From Laetmonice hystrix (taxonomy: Eukaryota), in the NCBI GenBank assembly GCA_965235115.1, contig OZ249436.1, positions 37,078,001 to 37,142,000 of the forward strand: 64,000 nt of DNA, written 5' to 3'. The notes beneath the pieces were generated by a model. The model worked only from the letters and a program-made list of their open reading frames with translations, did not search any database and had not been told where the DNA came from. The position numbers were made by a program, and so were the translations under genes. Shown piece after piece: positions 52,850 through 64,000 of this stretch (positions are counted from its first letter, which is position 1; every line of letters starts with the position of its first letter).

Positions 52850-53965
52850 AACGTGATGTAAAGACATCTTGTTACATAAGGAACTCCTCGAGAACTTGAA
52901 ACTGGTGAAAAACAATAAAACACCTGGCTCTGATGGTCTCCCTGCTGAATTTTACAAATTCTTCTGGACAGACACCAATAACCTTGTCTTTTCCTCACTA
53001 AATTATGCCTACTCTGCTGGACATCTTTCTATGGAGCAGAAGCGTGGAGTCATAACCCTAATCCCCAAAAGGGCACAAATAAACTATTCATAACTAACTG
53101 GAGACCTATCTCTCTCCTTAATACCGACTATTGCTAAAACACTCACTGCTCGTCTCTGTGCCGTTTTACCAGATATTATTAGCGCGGATCAGACCGCTTA
53201 TATCAAAGATCGTTTCATTGGTGAACATATCCGTGTGATATACACGATATACCGTCCATTGAAACACGCGGATTATCCTGCATTATAACTACGGTCGATT
53301 TTGAAAAGGCTTTCCATACTGTCTCCTGGACCTTCATTAATAAAACCCTTCAGGCCTTTTATTTTAGCTTCCATAGCTTCTAACATAAGAAAAGATAAAG
53401 ATGTAAAAGATGTCAAAAGTTGCCAAAAGTGTCATCACTCAAACGATAGATAATGGTGGTTTGAAAATGGTGGATTTTAACAGGTAAGCCAGGTCTCTCT
53501 TAAACCTATACCTGAACACAAAACCATTCCATTTTTTCAATATACAGATATTGTGACTTGAAAGCGCTGCCTCCCTTTTATAGCCTAGGGAGTTATTAAC
53601 CTTCTGGAACGATATAAAGAATGTTAACCCCACCAATCGGGAACATTATTCTCAAACAATATATTTGGAATAACAATTCTCTATTAATTGGCAAAAAACC
53701 CTTTTGTTGGAAACAGTGGATTAATATGGGTGTATACTTTACATTTCTGACTTACTTTTGTTGGAAACAGTGGATTAATATGGGTGTACTTTACATTTCT
53801 GACTTACTAACACCTGACTCTGGCTTTATGTCACATACTGATCTCCATACCAAGGGAGTCCGATGTAACTTTCTAGACATATTACAAATACATGTACGTC
53901 AATGTATACCCTTTGAGTGTAAGGTTATCCTATTTTTAAAGATTCCAACGAATTTTTTAATATAA
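52850..53965 (+). pseudogene. Decayed L1/Tx1-clade LINE ORF2 (reverse transcriptase) with frameshifts and deletions
   Basis: KNNKTPGSDGLPAEFYKFFW...QKRGVITLIPK, then NWRPISLLNTDY, IISADQTAYIKDRFIGEHIR and VDFEKAF. The downstream C-terminal region reads IWNN...W...G...ISDL. Confidence 0.92.
53701..53807 (+). repeat. 54-bp tandem duplication inside the LINE relic
   Basis: CTTTTGTTGGAAACAGTGGATTAATATGGGTGTA(TA)CTTTACATTTCTGACTTA occurs twice. Confidence 0.9.
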
Positions 53966-54004
53966 GTCATGACAAAATCTATATCTTATCCTATGACATC
54001 ATTT

Positions 54005-54257
54005 GGGTGGGTGGGTATTTGGGGTTTTACGCCTTGCAACAGCGAGGGTCATATCATGGCGGTGAGTGAGTGAGTGAGTAGTGGTGGTTTCCCGCCGTGT
54101 CGGCATCCGGGGCCATCTTCACGGCGAAAACAGAGTTATAAGACCATAAAACCAAAGGAATCTATTTTATCCCGGGTCCCAACGGGATCATGGCGGTGAA
54201 GATGATGATGAAAGTTAGTTTTTCTTGGTGGAGGAAACCGGAGTACCCGCAGAAAAA
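54005..54257 (-). mobile_element. SINE 3' region (RUDI/MetaSINE-like) interrupted by a family B insertion
   Basis: Reverse complement GGGTACTCCGGTTTCCTCCACCA...CCGCCATGATATGACCCTCGCTGTTGCAAGGCGTAAAACCCCAAATACCCACCC. Confidence 0.7.
54066..54186 (-). mobile_element. 121-bp retroposon (family B) with 13-bp TSD
   Basis: Flanked by ATCATGGCGGTGA (54053-54065 and 54187-54199). Begins CCCGTTGGGACCCGGGATAAAATAGATTCC and ends in (CACT)n. Confidence 0.85.
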
Positions 54258-55769
54258 GATGTCAGTAGACTTGTAAATAAACATATACTACCTTATAAGA
54301 AGAAAACTGCACATTATGTACTTATCAGGTTGTGTTCCAGAAAGTTCTACCCTGCTTGTATCATATAACAGTCTACTTGTATACAAATAATTATTTACCA
54401 AGCCATAAATGTATCTAAATACTATAAATTGTTATATAACAATACCTATCATATTTCAAGTTAGTCTATAACGGTTTAAAAGGAAAATAAAAGCCCGGAT
54501 GCCTAAATATTGGGCAAACCAAGCTGATTGGCGATATATCCCTAATTTTGGAGTAGCAAGTTGCACTGACCCACCCATGAAAACCCGTTGATATAACACA
54601 TTAAGCTACTACTTACAAATGTCTATCATGCAGAAATATTAAGTAGGGATATCATACTTAACAAAAATGCATATTAGAATTTGCCCCCCAAACTGGTACC
54701 GATTGGCCATTTTTGGCCCAACTGGCTCATGGACTAGAACGGGAATGTTATCGTAGGCTACATGTCGATCACCCCATGCAATGGGGGACTCTACAAACAT
54801 CATTATAATATGGTAAATGCTAAATCCATATAACGTGTAACTGATATTATGTAACCTATAACATAACAATACCATAGTAATATCATACCATAACTGATAA
54901 TACATTATATGAAAATACATAGTCCAAAATTACATGGATATAAGAATGGTAATGCCAAATTAGGTGGACACAATGCCCACAAAGTCCTGGAACCCAAATA
55001 CCCTCCCCACCCACTCAAACCGAGAAAAGAACTCGGGCAGCCATGCTCACCCCGAGCAACCCACCCCTAGCCAAACCCAGTAGCCCTATACATACAAACA
55101 TAAGTAAACCCAGCCAAGTGAACATGAAAGCATGCAGGAGTCGGGGCGGAGGTGAGCCGTCTGATCGCCACAATGCTTTCAAAGGTCGAGAACTCGACTC
55201 TGTCTGCTTGGTTGTATTTATACCCTTCGGATCGTCTCGCAAGTCTCCTCCGTCACTTCCGCCTCAAACCGCGCGAGAGGTGGGAACTAAGATGGCGGTT
55301 AACGGCAGTACAGCTATTGTTTCATTGACAATACATACTGAGCACATGCCATGGGTCCTAGATCTCCTAAGATATAATCATGTGCAAGTACCTATACTAA
55401 TCGCATACCTACAACACAACCCCTTGTTTCTCCTCCATAAAGGATCCCGGCGTGTCGGGCCGAGCTCTGATATTTCCTGCTTCTGCATTCCTGACGTGCT
55501 ATTTTAAATTCCAGGTCGGCCTGGACATCGTGCAGCTCTGGGAGGCAGTGGACAATTATCATACACTGCAGACGGCAGGTTCCCCTTGAGGGCCACGGGC
55601 AACACCGGTCCTCATCTTCCACCCCATCTCGATGGTCCGTAAGAGGCGATGATTGGGACAAGGGATGGCTATTATTGAAGGTGAACGGCTTGCCTGCTGC
55701 CAGTGCGTGAACATAATCGACACATTCTAGGCGTCCTATGGCCCTTTCCTGGCGAGAACTGAATGCGTG

Positions 55770-56193
55770 CCACTTTGGAGATCAGGGGTAAGAATGGTCC
55801 TCAGCTCGACCTCTGGCTGTTCGTAAAAGGCGATGAATTGGGCGAGGGTTGATGTGAGGAAGTGGTCGAGTGACGGGAAGTCTATGGATTTCCATCTTTC
55901 CAGTATCATTTTTCTCATTAGCCCTCCCCAGTGCTCCGCAACTGGGTCATCAAAGGTTTTGGTATGCCCCGCCGTGTCTGTAAGATTGGGCATATAAACG
56001 AACCCTTGCCATTTTTCGAAAAGTATACTGGATTTCCTCCGGGTGGCAAGTTTCTTTCTCACCTCATCCTTATTATCACCCACTCCCTGAGACTCTGGAC
56101 CGAAAATAGATCCCTTGACTGAAATAAATGGTTCCTATCGCCCTGAATATGATTGAAATACTGTCGACAGGGCGTAAAGCCTCCAATTCACTC
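55770..56193 (+). mobile_element. Full-length SINE-like retroposon family A with 12-bp TSD
   Basis: Flanked by ACTGAATGCGTG (55758-55769 and 56194-56205). 3' tail CCAATTCACTC. No tRNA A/B boxes seen at the 5' end. Confidence 0.88.
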
Positions 56194-57425
56194 ACTGAAT
56201 GCGTGTTAAGGATCCCCCCCCCCCCCCAAAAAAAAAATTCTCTTCCCCACCATGCAGCTTCTTGATATCATCCCTTCCCCGCCTTCAATTCTCATTCGAT
56301 ATTCCCTGGAACATTTCATACTAGTAGCATTTCATAGCAGTCGTCATTTTCCTCATAGCGGTCGCATGCAGGCCCTTTTCCTGCGATAGTGTTTCTACGA
56401 TTATCTGGTGGGCCAAACGAATCAATCTATTCTGTCGGCAGTAACCCATCAAACATGGACTGAATATCATTAAGACACACTTCCGGATTGCATGTACAAT
56501 TATCCTCGATAGTTATGCTTGCATTGTAAAAACAAAATATACATGGGCGACCTTGAACCAGAGTTACGTTGGAAAATGCATTTGAATAATGCATTTTTGA
56601 CTCGAAGAGGTGGTCTCCTTCCCATTCATAATTTCGGATGGCTTTGGTTTCTTTCTACACTAAAACTGATTGTTATGGCGAATTGCATCTCAGCTTTTAT
56701 AAAAACAAGAAACGTTGCCTTTCAGTCATTAGACATTGTAGTTCTAGAAAGGCGCATCATAGTGCCGTCTGGAGGTACGGCAACAAATTGCTTTCTTTTT
56801 CTGCCTCTGAAATTTGCTCCTCGTGTTTCATAAAAGGGAAGCACGTCTCTCCGGGGAAAAATGCCAAAACGGCATGTAATCATTTCTCTAATCTTTCGAG
56901 TTAAATTTTTGTGTTCTTAAGCAACCGCAGTGATTCAATGCCACTGAAAACAATGATTCAGAGCCACTGGTGTACTGTAAATTCTGACCTTAATGACCGA
57001 TTTATAGTATAAAATAAAATGTTATCAGTGTATGGGGAGAGCTAAAGAGGAAATAGGCATTCATCACTGTGAGAGACATCCTCCAAGTACCTTTAAATAA
57101 TACCAACTGGAGCATCATCGATAAGATGATTCGTTGCAATAGTTAGCTGTAGAGAGGCTGAAATGATTATATAATGAAATAGCTAAGCTATTTAGTACAA
57201 ATCTCTCTGAAAATGAAATTATTTAAGAGAATAAGTCTTCATTCTTTCGTATGAATCTTTACGCCATTTTATCTCTTTAGATTCTAGGAGAACTTTATTT
57301 TTACAACGCACATTGAGGTATAGCTACTAATTACGGTAACATCTCGGTGGTGACAATTCTATCAGTATCTCTCACCCTAACTCTTAACCTTCGGCCCTAA
57401 GACCTCCGCCCCCAAAACATAACAG

Positions 57426-57465
57426 CCCCTGACCCCTGACCCCTGACCCCTGACCCCTGACCCCC
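57426..57465. repeat. (GACCCCT)n microsatellite
   Basis: Five or more tandem heptamers. Confidence 0.9.
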
Positions 57466-57600
57466 AATTTCGCGGGTATATTACCATGGTTTATAGCCTC
57501 ATCGAGGTAGCAAGAGAACGCATACGATTACTGGAATTAATATGTTAGTGAGTGACCTGTGGCAACTCTGTGTCATATCAGCAAATGAGGCTCTATTCAC

Positions 57601-57779
57601 CGGGGGCGGATCCAGGCACCAAAGGGGGGGGGGGGCTGTAGGTGCCGAGGGTGGGGTGCGTGGCTGTTTATTTTGATTTGAACTTTTCTTGCAGAAAAAA
57701 GACAAATTACTTCGTAAGGGGGGGGGGGGGGAGTTGTAACCCACATAACCCCCCCCCCCCCGCGCCGGATCCTCCACTG
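57601..57779. mobile_element. Degenerate hAT-like MITE (same group as 51808-52038)
   Basis: CGGGGGCGGATCCAGG...CCGGATCCTCCACTG. Flanks TTCAC/TTTAT form an imperfect TSD. Confidence 0.65.
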
Positions 57780-58120
57780 TTTATGAAGAAAATATTATCG
57801 TAAAGCGTCGAAGTAAATGGAGTGTACACATGCACGTAGATAACCTAACACAACGTACGATGGATATTGCTAGTAGCAAGCAAGCGAGGAGATAAAAAAT
57901 GGCTTAGGAGCAGACAAGAGCAGATCAGTTTTGCAACTCGGCGACATCCTTTGATGCTGCGATGTGTGTACTTCAAAGGGAAACGTATCTTCGACAAGAA
58001 TAAGAGGGCCCTTTTCCGTAATGTTGCCTAATAGTTGCGACGTCTGTTCCCTCGTATTCAGCAAAACCCACATTTCTGCAAACTGTCATGATGACTTTCA
58101 TTGTCGGGGTGGGAGTAATT

Positions 58121-58420
58121 GAGTGAATTGGGGGGGGGGGGGGGGGGGGGGGGTTACGCCCTGTCGGCATTTAATTCAGTCATGGGACCTATTGCACCCC
58201 CAGGAGGTGATGATGAGGATGAAGAAAAATGTCAAGGGTTCTCGAGCCTTTGATGACCCAGTCGCGGAGCACTGGGGAGGGCCAGTGAGCTGGAAGGATG
58301 GAAAACCATCTGTGCAATCCGACTCTCGACAACTTCCCCACACTGACCCTCGTACCATTCATATTTTACGAACAGCCAGGGAGGGGTTAAGCTGAGAATC
58401 ATTGTCACCCCTGATTCACA
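58121..58420 (-). mobile_element. SINE-like family A copy
   Basis: GCCTTTGATGACCCAGTCGCGGAGCACTGGGGAGG...TTTTACGAACAGCCAGG...ACCCCTGATTC. Confidence 0.8.
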
Positions 58421-59002
58421 GAAAACATTCTTATCCTAGAATTTAGGCTAAATTAATCTTAATTAGAGTATACTGTCCGCCATTACCTTATCGGCATAAG
58501 TTATACCCGACGTATGCCCCCCACCCCGTTTGGCTTCTCTTTTCTTTTCTTTTTTTGCATTGTTAAAGACTTTTTCTTTTTTTCTTTTTTTTTGCTTGTC
58601 AGATTTTCCTTTAAAAAAATTTACGCCCCCCCCCCCTTTACGCCCCCCCCTTCCACTAATTCCTGGCTACGTCACTGACAGTAGTCGTGTACCAGTACAG
58701 CACTGCTATATCATGTTGCTGGATACATTTTATAGCCTGCATAGTTCCCTGCGGGCATTAAATCCACTTCAATAGCCAACTTGGCTGACTTTGAAAGATA
58801 TAGATTTACCAATATGCAATACTAGAACCATACGGACTGCAGACCTAACACCGTGTACCATGTCAAAAAAAGCGAACAGAAACTTGTTACGTGCCACCCG
58901 ATGTAGAAAAGCCAATTTCAAAGTCAGATATGATTTCCAATAACTTGTATAATTTTTTGTTAGTTCAATGCTACACCGGTGTTCTCGTAGAGCTCTGTGC
59001 CC

Positions 59003-59271
59003 TTCTCGGCAGGACTTCGTATAGCGTGTATAACGTTCTAGGCAGGACTTCGTATAGCGTGTATAACGTTCTCGGCAGGACTTCGTATAGCGTGTATAAC
59101 GTTCTCGGCAGGACTCCGTATAGCGTGTATAACGTTCTCGGCAGGACTTCGTATAGCGTGTATAACGTTCTCGGCAGGACTTCGTATAGCGTGTATAACG
59201 TTCTCGGCAGGACTTCGTATAGCGTGTATAACGTTCTCGGCAGGACTTCGTATAGCGTGTATAACGTTCTC
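59003..59271. repeat. 33-bp minisatellite, 8 copies
   Basis: Unit TTCTCGGCAGGACTTCGTATAGCGTGTATAACG, with only two single-base variants. Confidence 0.97.
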
Positions 59272-60431
59272 CAGTCTGCACCATATCATTATAGATTGGA
59301 GTATGTTCAGCCCTGCCAGTTTTGGAGAACGTTGTCTCTAGTAAAATGTCGAGTGAACGTAATTTTGTGCGTGAAAACGTAAAAACACATTTAGCACTAA
59401 AGTAGTTTGTGATATTTCATTTGTAAGTCATTTCCCTAAAACATAAAGGCCAATGCGTATTTTTTCCCGATTTAGATCATAAAACTGCACTTCAAACGCC
59501 TTTCCATTCATTACACTACACTGTCATTAGATTATCTATTACCATCAAACATGCATGAAGTAAGCATAATGTACCACTCGAGAAATTGTAGGCCCATATT
59601 GCACGGCTCCATCAGCATCTTTAATATAAAAGATCAGCACTGGTAAAGAGCTTGCTGTCTATCGGAATATGCTGACTTTAAACAGCACTTGGCTTGGGTT
59701 AATTAGCAATGACCTACTTTTGAAGTCGGCGCGTGTCATTAGCGGATCTTTTGTCCTAATCATATAATCGGTCCTATTATGCCTACATACTATTCAACAT
59801 GAGGTTCTCAGATAATTATATTAATGACTTTCTTCACGGCACTGAGAAGACAATGGATCCTACTCGTTAAAAAGACTGAACTGACTATTTCCCCCAGCGT
59901 TACGTATCCAGAGATCTCCAAGGATAATCAACACTAGTACTGTCATGATATAGTCCGGGAAGCAGCTTCTCCTCTCTCTTTCGTACTAAATTGTTCATAG
60001 CCGCCTAGGTTTACACGTTTGTGCCTATTCCATTGGGAATCTCGGGTAAGGATGATCCACAGCTCAACCTCCGGGCCAGTTTTTTGTTGTTTACTTTTCC
60101 ACCCTTAGCAAGGATGAGCTGAGAAAAGCTGAGGTTCGGTCAGCTAGAAAAACGTGCTCAGCCCATGTCAGCTCAGCTGACGGGAAGCGGTAAACCAAAA
60201 AAAAAAAAAACAAGAAAAAAAAATCTCGGTAAACCAACCCCCAAAAAAGGTGAAAGGTGACAAATGGGGCAAATGCTGGTTTGATGCTCATCTGTGTGGC
60301 AAGATGGATTTGAATGCTTCCAATAACAGACATGAGCATTTTCAGTGAATTCGCGGTTTTCCTCTTTTTCCGGGTCGAAAGTTGTGGTCCTCGAGATCGA
60401 TGTGAATATGATAACATCTCAAAAACGCATA

Positions 60432-60649
60432 CAGGGCCGTAGCTAGCGGGGGGATACCTTGGATTTTGTTTCCAGATGCCAGGAAAACGCGTATTTGGCC
60501 CTGTAATTTTTTTTTCTGGGGGAAGGGCCCCCAGACCCGCCACTCACGACTTCGCGCCTTCGGCACTTGTATGGGGACACCCCCTTTTCAAAATTCATGG
60601 ATCCACTCGTGACTGCCGCCCTACTCAGAAATTTCTAGCTACGGCCCTG
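60432..60649. mobile_element. hAT-like MITE with 5-bp TSD
   Basis: GCATA|CAGGGCCGTAGCTAG...CTAGCTACGGCCCTG|GCATA, a 15-bp perfect TIR. Confidence 0.92.
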
Positions 60650-63585
60650 GCATATTTGGGGGGGGGGGGGGTGCGGGGGGGTTAGGGGGAAACTTGTCCT
60701 AATCCATGTTAGGTGATGTACCTTTTAATATCCCTCTCAAATGCCACCAAAATACACTCAATTAATGTCAACATTTTCTCATTTTCCTCTCCCTCCCCCT
60801 CCGAGGCCGATGACCTCGGCTTGTAGCCTACGGCCACAAACTAGAAACTTTCAGCGAATTTGCTTATTCCTTCTGCTCATGTCTGCAATACCATTTTTCT
60901 CACTATACCCCAGTGCCTTGCAACTAGGTTAACAAAGGCTTTGGTATGTCCTCAACTATGCTTGTACAACTGGACATTCGTTTTCGAAAAGAGTGGGGAA
61001 TTACCCCCGGTGACAGGTGTCATAAAGTCATCATTATCACCCTCTGGGCTCCCTTGGTTGTATTAAATATTTAGATATCGCCCCAAATCTGGCTGAAAAG
61101 TCAATGCCAGGTCAACAACCAGCCATGAAACGTTCGCTTCATGGCAACAACAGGCAACTAGAATGTTGAATTTCATTAGATTTCTCCATTTCTGTGGGTA
61201 AACATTTATTGATTTATGTAGTCTAAAGGCTTATCTAACCCAACAGCCCATGTCTGCATTACTTGCTAATTGCTTTAAGCAATATATTTTAGCAATATCA
61301 TATCATCAACAGTTTATAATAAACACGTTATCAGGTATAGAAGAATACTGACGGTGCTTTAAATTCAACTAATAGACAAACTAGTAGTTTTCCAGGCAAA
61401 GTTAGCGTTACCTCTGGGATTACCTCAGGAACCCATGAAGATAAGATTATCACACATACTAAAATTAGAAACTCGTACGATCATTCAACTCCCACACGAG
61501 AGCCTTTGGTGAGCGGCATAGACGCTTATGTAGCAATTTATGCAAATGTCAGACACATTAAAGGTTTGGGAAGATGTTACAGAATTGACAAATTCAACCG
61601 CAGTTAAGAAAAGAGGGAACAGAAGAAGAATAGTACTTGGTATTTAAAGAGATAAAACGCCATTGTAAGAAGGACGGCCCTGAAAGGTTTGGTGGTAGAA
61701 AATGTCAATGACTTATAAATAATACAAGGATATAACTAATTCAGACAGACCTTGATTAGGGAGGCTCTCTTTCATCTTCATCAGAACTTACTGTATTCTT
61801 AATCCTGCGTTATTATCCATAATTTTGGTATAACGAACAAGATGAACTACTAACGCTTACCTAAATTGTGACCATCTTTCCATTCCGAGAACTATCAAAT
61901 GGCCCCAGGGTCAGACAGAAAAAAACAAATTTCGATTTACTGCTTTGGTAGTGGTTTTCAGATAGTAATTAAACCCAATTTAGTTCAATATAAACATTTC
62001 TGCAGGCTCCGGGATGAATTGAGACAAGGTTTATGTCAAGCTGAAGTAGTTTTCTCTATATCAACTTACAGATAAACAGCGACAGAAGTTTACGGGCATT
62101 TCCTCGAAGGATTATCTGAACTTGAAATGAAATTTATCGAACTTTCGGGAGAGCAATAACAATGTTTCTTCGACTGCAGAGGTCTTCAGGCGAGCACCAA
62201 GATATAAATCGAAGGGTCATAATTGTGCCTTAAGGGTGGGCGTCTTGCACGATGGCAGAGCTCGGAGCTCGGCGACCACATGTTCAATCTACCCGACCTG
62301 AAGATCCATACTGAACATGCCAGAGACTACAGTAAGATTATTAGGAATGCAATCTGCATGCAATTGAAGGAGGATTATCGTCGATGGCCATTTGTGCATA
62401 TATGCATGTCCTGTCGAGATGATGTATTTCCAGTTTCTTCTAAATCAACCGGAACGGGCCTAAAACGAAGACGAAGGGATCAAGATTATTGACAGATGTT
62501 TAAAACATGCTACCTGTTTCTGCCTTTTTCTTTCCGTTTGTAAATTAAGTTTGTCACTTGCTTGATTGTATAAAACATTGCATGGGTCCGCTGGCGAGCC
62601 CTGAAGCCGGTGGGTAAAGGGCTATGAAAGGCAGGCATGTAGGGTGTATAATTGATCGATCCTCATTGATGCCTTCGGACCGTTTTTACCACAGGATAAC
62701 TTAATTACATGAACCAAACGTACCAATAACCCTCCGACCGTGAAAGTCTGCAAGATAATTCCACGCCTAGCTGCTATGTTGTTTTTGGAGTAGGGAGTAA
62801 ATACAAGTAAATATATCTGTTCATATTCAGTTTAGGAGTCGGCCTAAATACATGACCGTACAATATCAGTCGTTGCAATATCATCAAATGAAACTGAAGT
62901 TGCACAATTTCACAACATATTTCACAGCATTCATCTTCTTACCTCTCAATCCACAGGATATTTCTGAAGAATCATTAGATCGTCAACATAAACTGTATAC
63001 ATTTTTTTGGAGGTAGGAGATTCCTACAGCAGTCTTTAAAACAATCAGGAATGGGACAGGCCAACAATGAAAACAAACGAGAGAGAATTTTATACACCCG
63101 AACTGTACACCAGTCAGAGATGATACTTTTGGTTGAGAAAAAGGCGGAAAAATCTCATCCCTGAACAATTTATTATCTTAATTCGATCTAAGATTTTCAG
63201 TGTAATACATTAGAAGCAATAATGTATGGGGGAACATGAGCTCGATCATAAGAAACAAACGTGACTCTCCGTCTGTCTGCGAAGTCTCATTACAGTTCCC
63301 TATTGTTTCGTTCCGTATAGTCAGATTAGAAATACAAAAACAACTGTATAATAATAATCTTGTTTAAATTTCAAATTGTGTTGATCCAATGAGCATATCA
63401 GACCCGACGTCAGCCTTTCCTGCGTACGCTCTGCTGCGAATTCTACCTCTAATAAGTGATACTAAAAATAATATCAGTTATTCCTGCTTCAGTTCCGTCA
63501 ACTACCCGTTCGATCTCAGGAGGAGAAAACATCTAAATTACAAACGTGATCACTTTAAAATGCATATATTATGGTACAGGATTTT

Positions 63586-63657
<72 letters not shown>

Positions 63658-63686
63658 GACAGAGAAGACAGACACAGAGAGAGAGC
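63586..63686. repeat. (GA)n(GACA)n microsatellite
   Basis: Direct inspection. Confidence 0.95.
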
Positions 63687-63958
63687 GCACAGATTATGGA
63701 AGATACATTGTCCATAAGAGTTTGCACGTAACGCGTGTTCATTATAAAAAAAACACGACTTTCGGGTAATACACAATGAGCGTCAATATTCCATCACAGT
63801 GGCATCTTTTGGAAGATAATCTGAGGATCAGAACAGCACAGATTATCCACAATACATTGTCCATAAGAGTTTGCACGTAAGAGCGTGTCAATTATAACAA
63901 ACACGACCTTCCGTTAATACACGAGGAGTGTCAATATTCCATCACAGTGGCATCTTTT
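63687..63958 (+). repeat. ~150-bp tandem duplication
   Basis: GCACAGATTAT...ATACATTGTCCATAAGAGTTTGCACGTAA...GTCAATATTCCATCACAGTGGCATCTTTT occurs twice. Confidence 0.9.
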
Positions 63959-64000
63959 TTTGTTTACGTTTCCGCCGTGAGCAAAGGTGAGCTGAGCTGA

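Noticed and set aside
55736..56122. 115-aa and 63-aa ORFs sharing FDDPVAEHWGG with the ORF at 58123
   Set aside because: Translations of the non-coding SINE-like family A; the frames are not conserved between copies.
58769..59382. Long ORFs (171, 163 and 83 aa) with 11-aa repeats
   Set aside because: Artefacts of the 33-bp tandem array.
62060..62492. Possible decayed ISL2EU/Harbinger transposase fragment (LTDKQRQKFTGIS...) and an 89-aa ORF
   Set aside because: Only vague resemblance, in-frame stops, and no termini found.

Overview
This is eukaryotic (animal) genomic DNA, probably from a marine invertebrate such as a mollusc or other lophotrochozoan; that placement is inferred from the repeat types only. 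I could not identify any host protein-coding gene, rRNA, true tRNA or CRISPR array, and most ORFs in the supplied track look like chance ORFs. The window is a dense transposable-element landscape. (1) A 4.94-kb internally deleted CACTA/EnSpm-like DNA transposon (19224-24165; CACTGTTAGAAAA TIRs, TA duplication) is inserted into a SINE-like element. It still carries an intact 3-exon, 218-aa ORF that joins C2H2 zinc fingers to the C-terminus of the element's accessory protein. (2) There are many MITEs with diagnostic ends: TTAA/Kolobok-like, 5-bp-TSD hAT-like, TA/Tigger-like, TWA/Harbinger-like and TGT..ACA/Ginger-like. (3) A family of short retroposons with no tRNA head has a (CACT)n tail, and its 5' end folds into a covarying pseudoknot, which makes it a candidate structured or self-cleaving RNA. 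(4) A Helentron/HINE-like composite (33974-37103) carries tandem repeats with tRNA-like cassettes and a Tc1 transposase fragment. (5) An L1/Tx1 reverse-transcriptase relic and several mini- and microsatellites are also present. Superfamily names rest on terminal motifs and TSD length recalled from memory, not on database searches.
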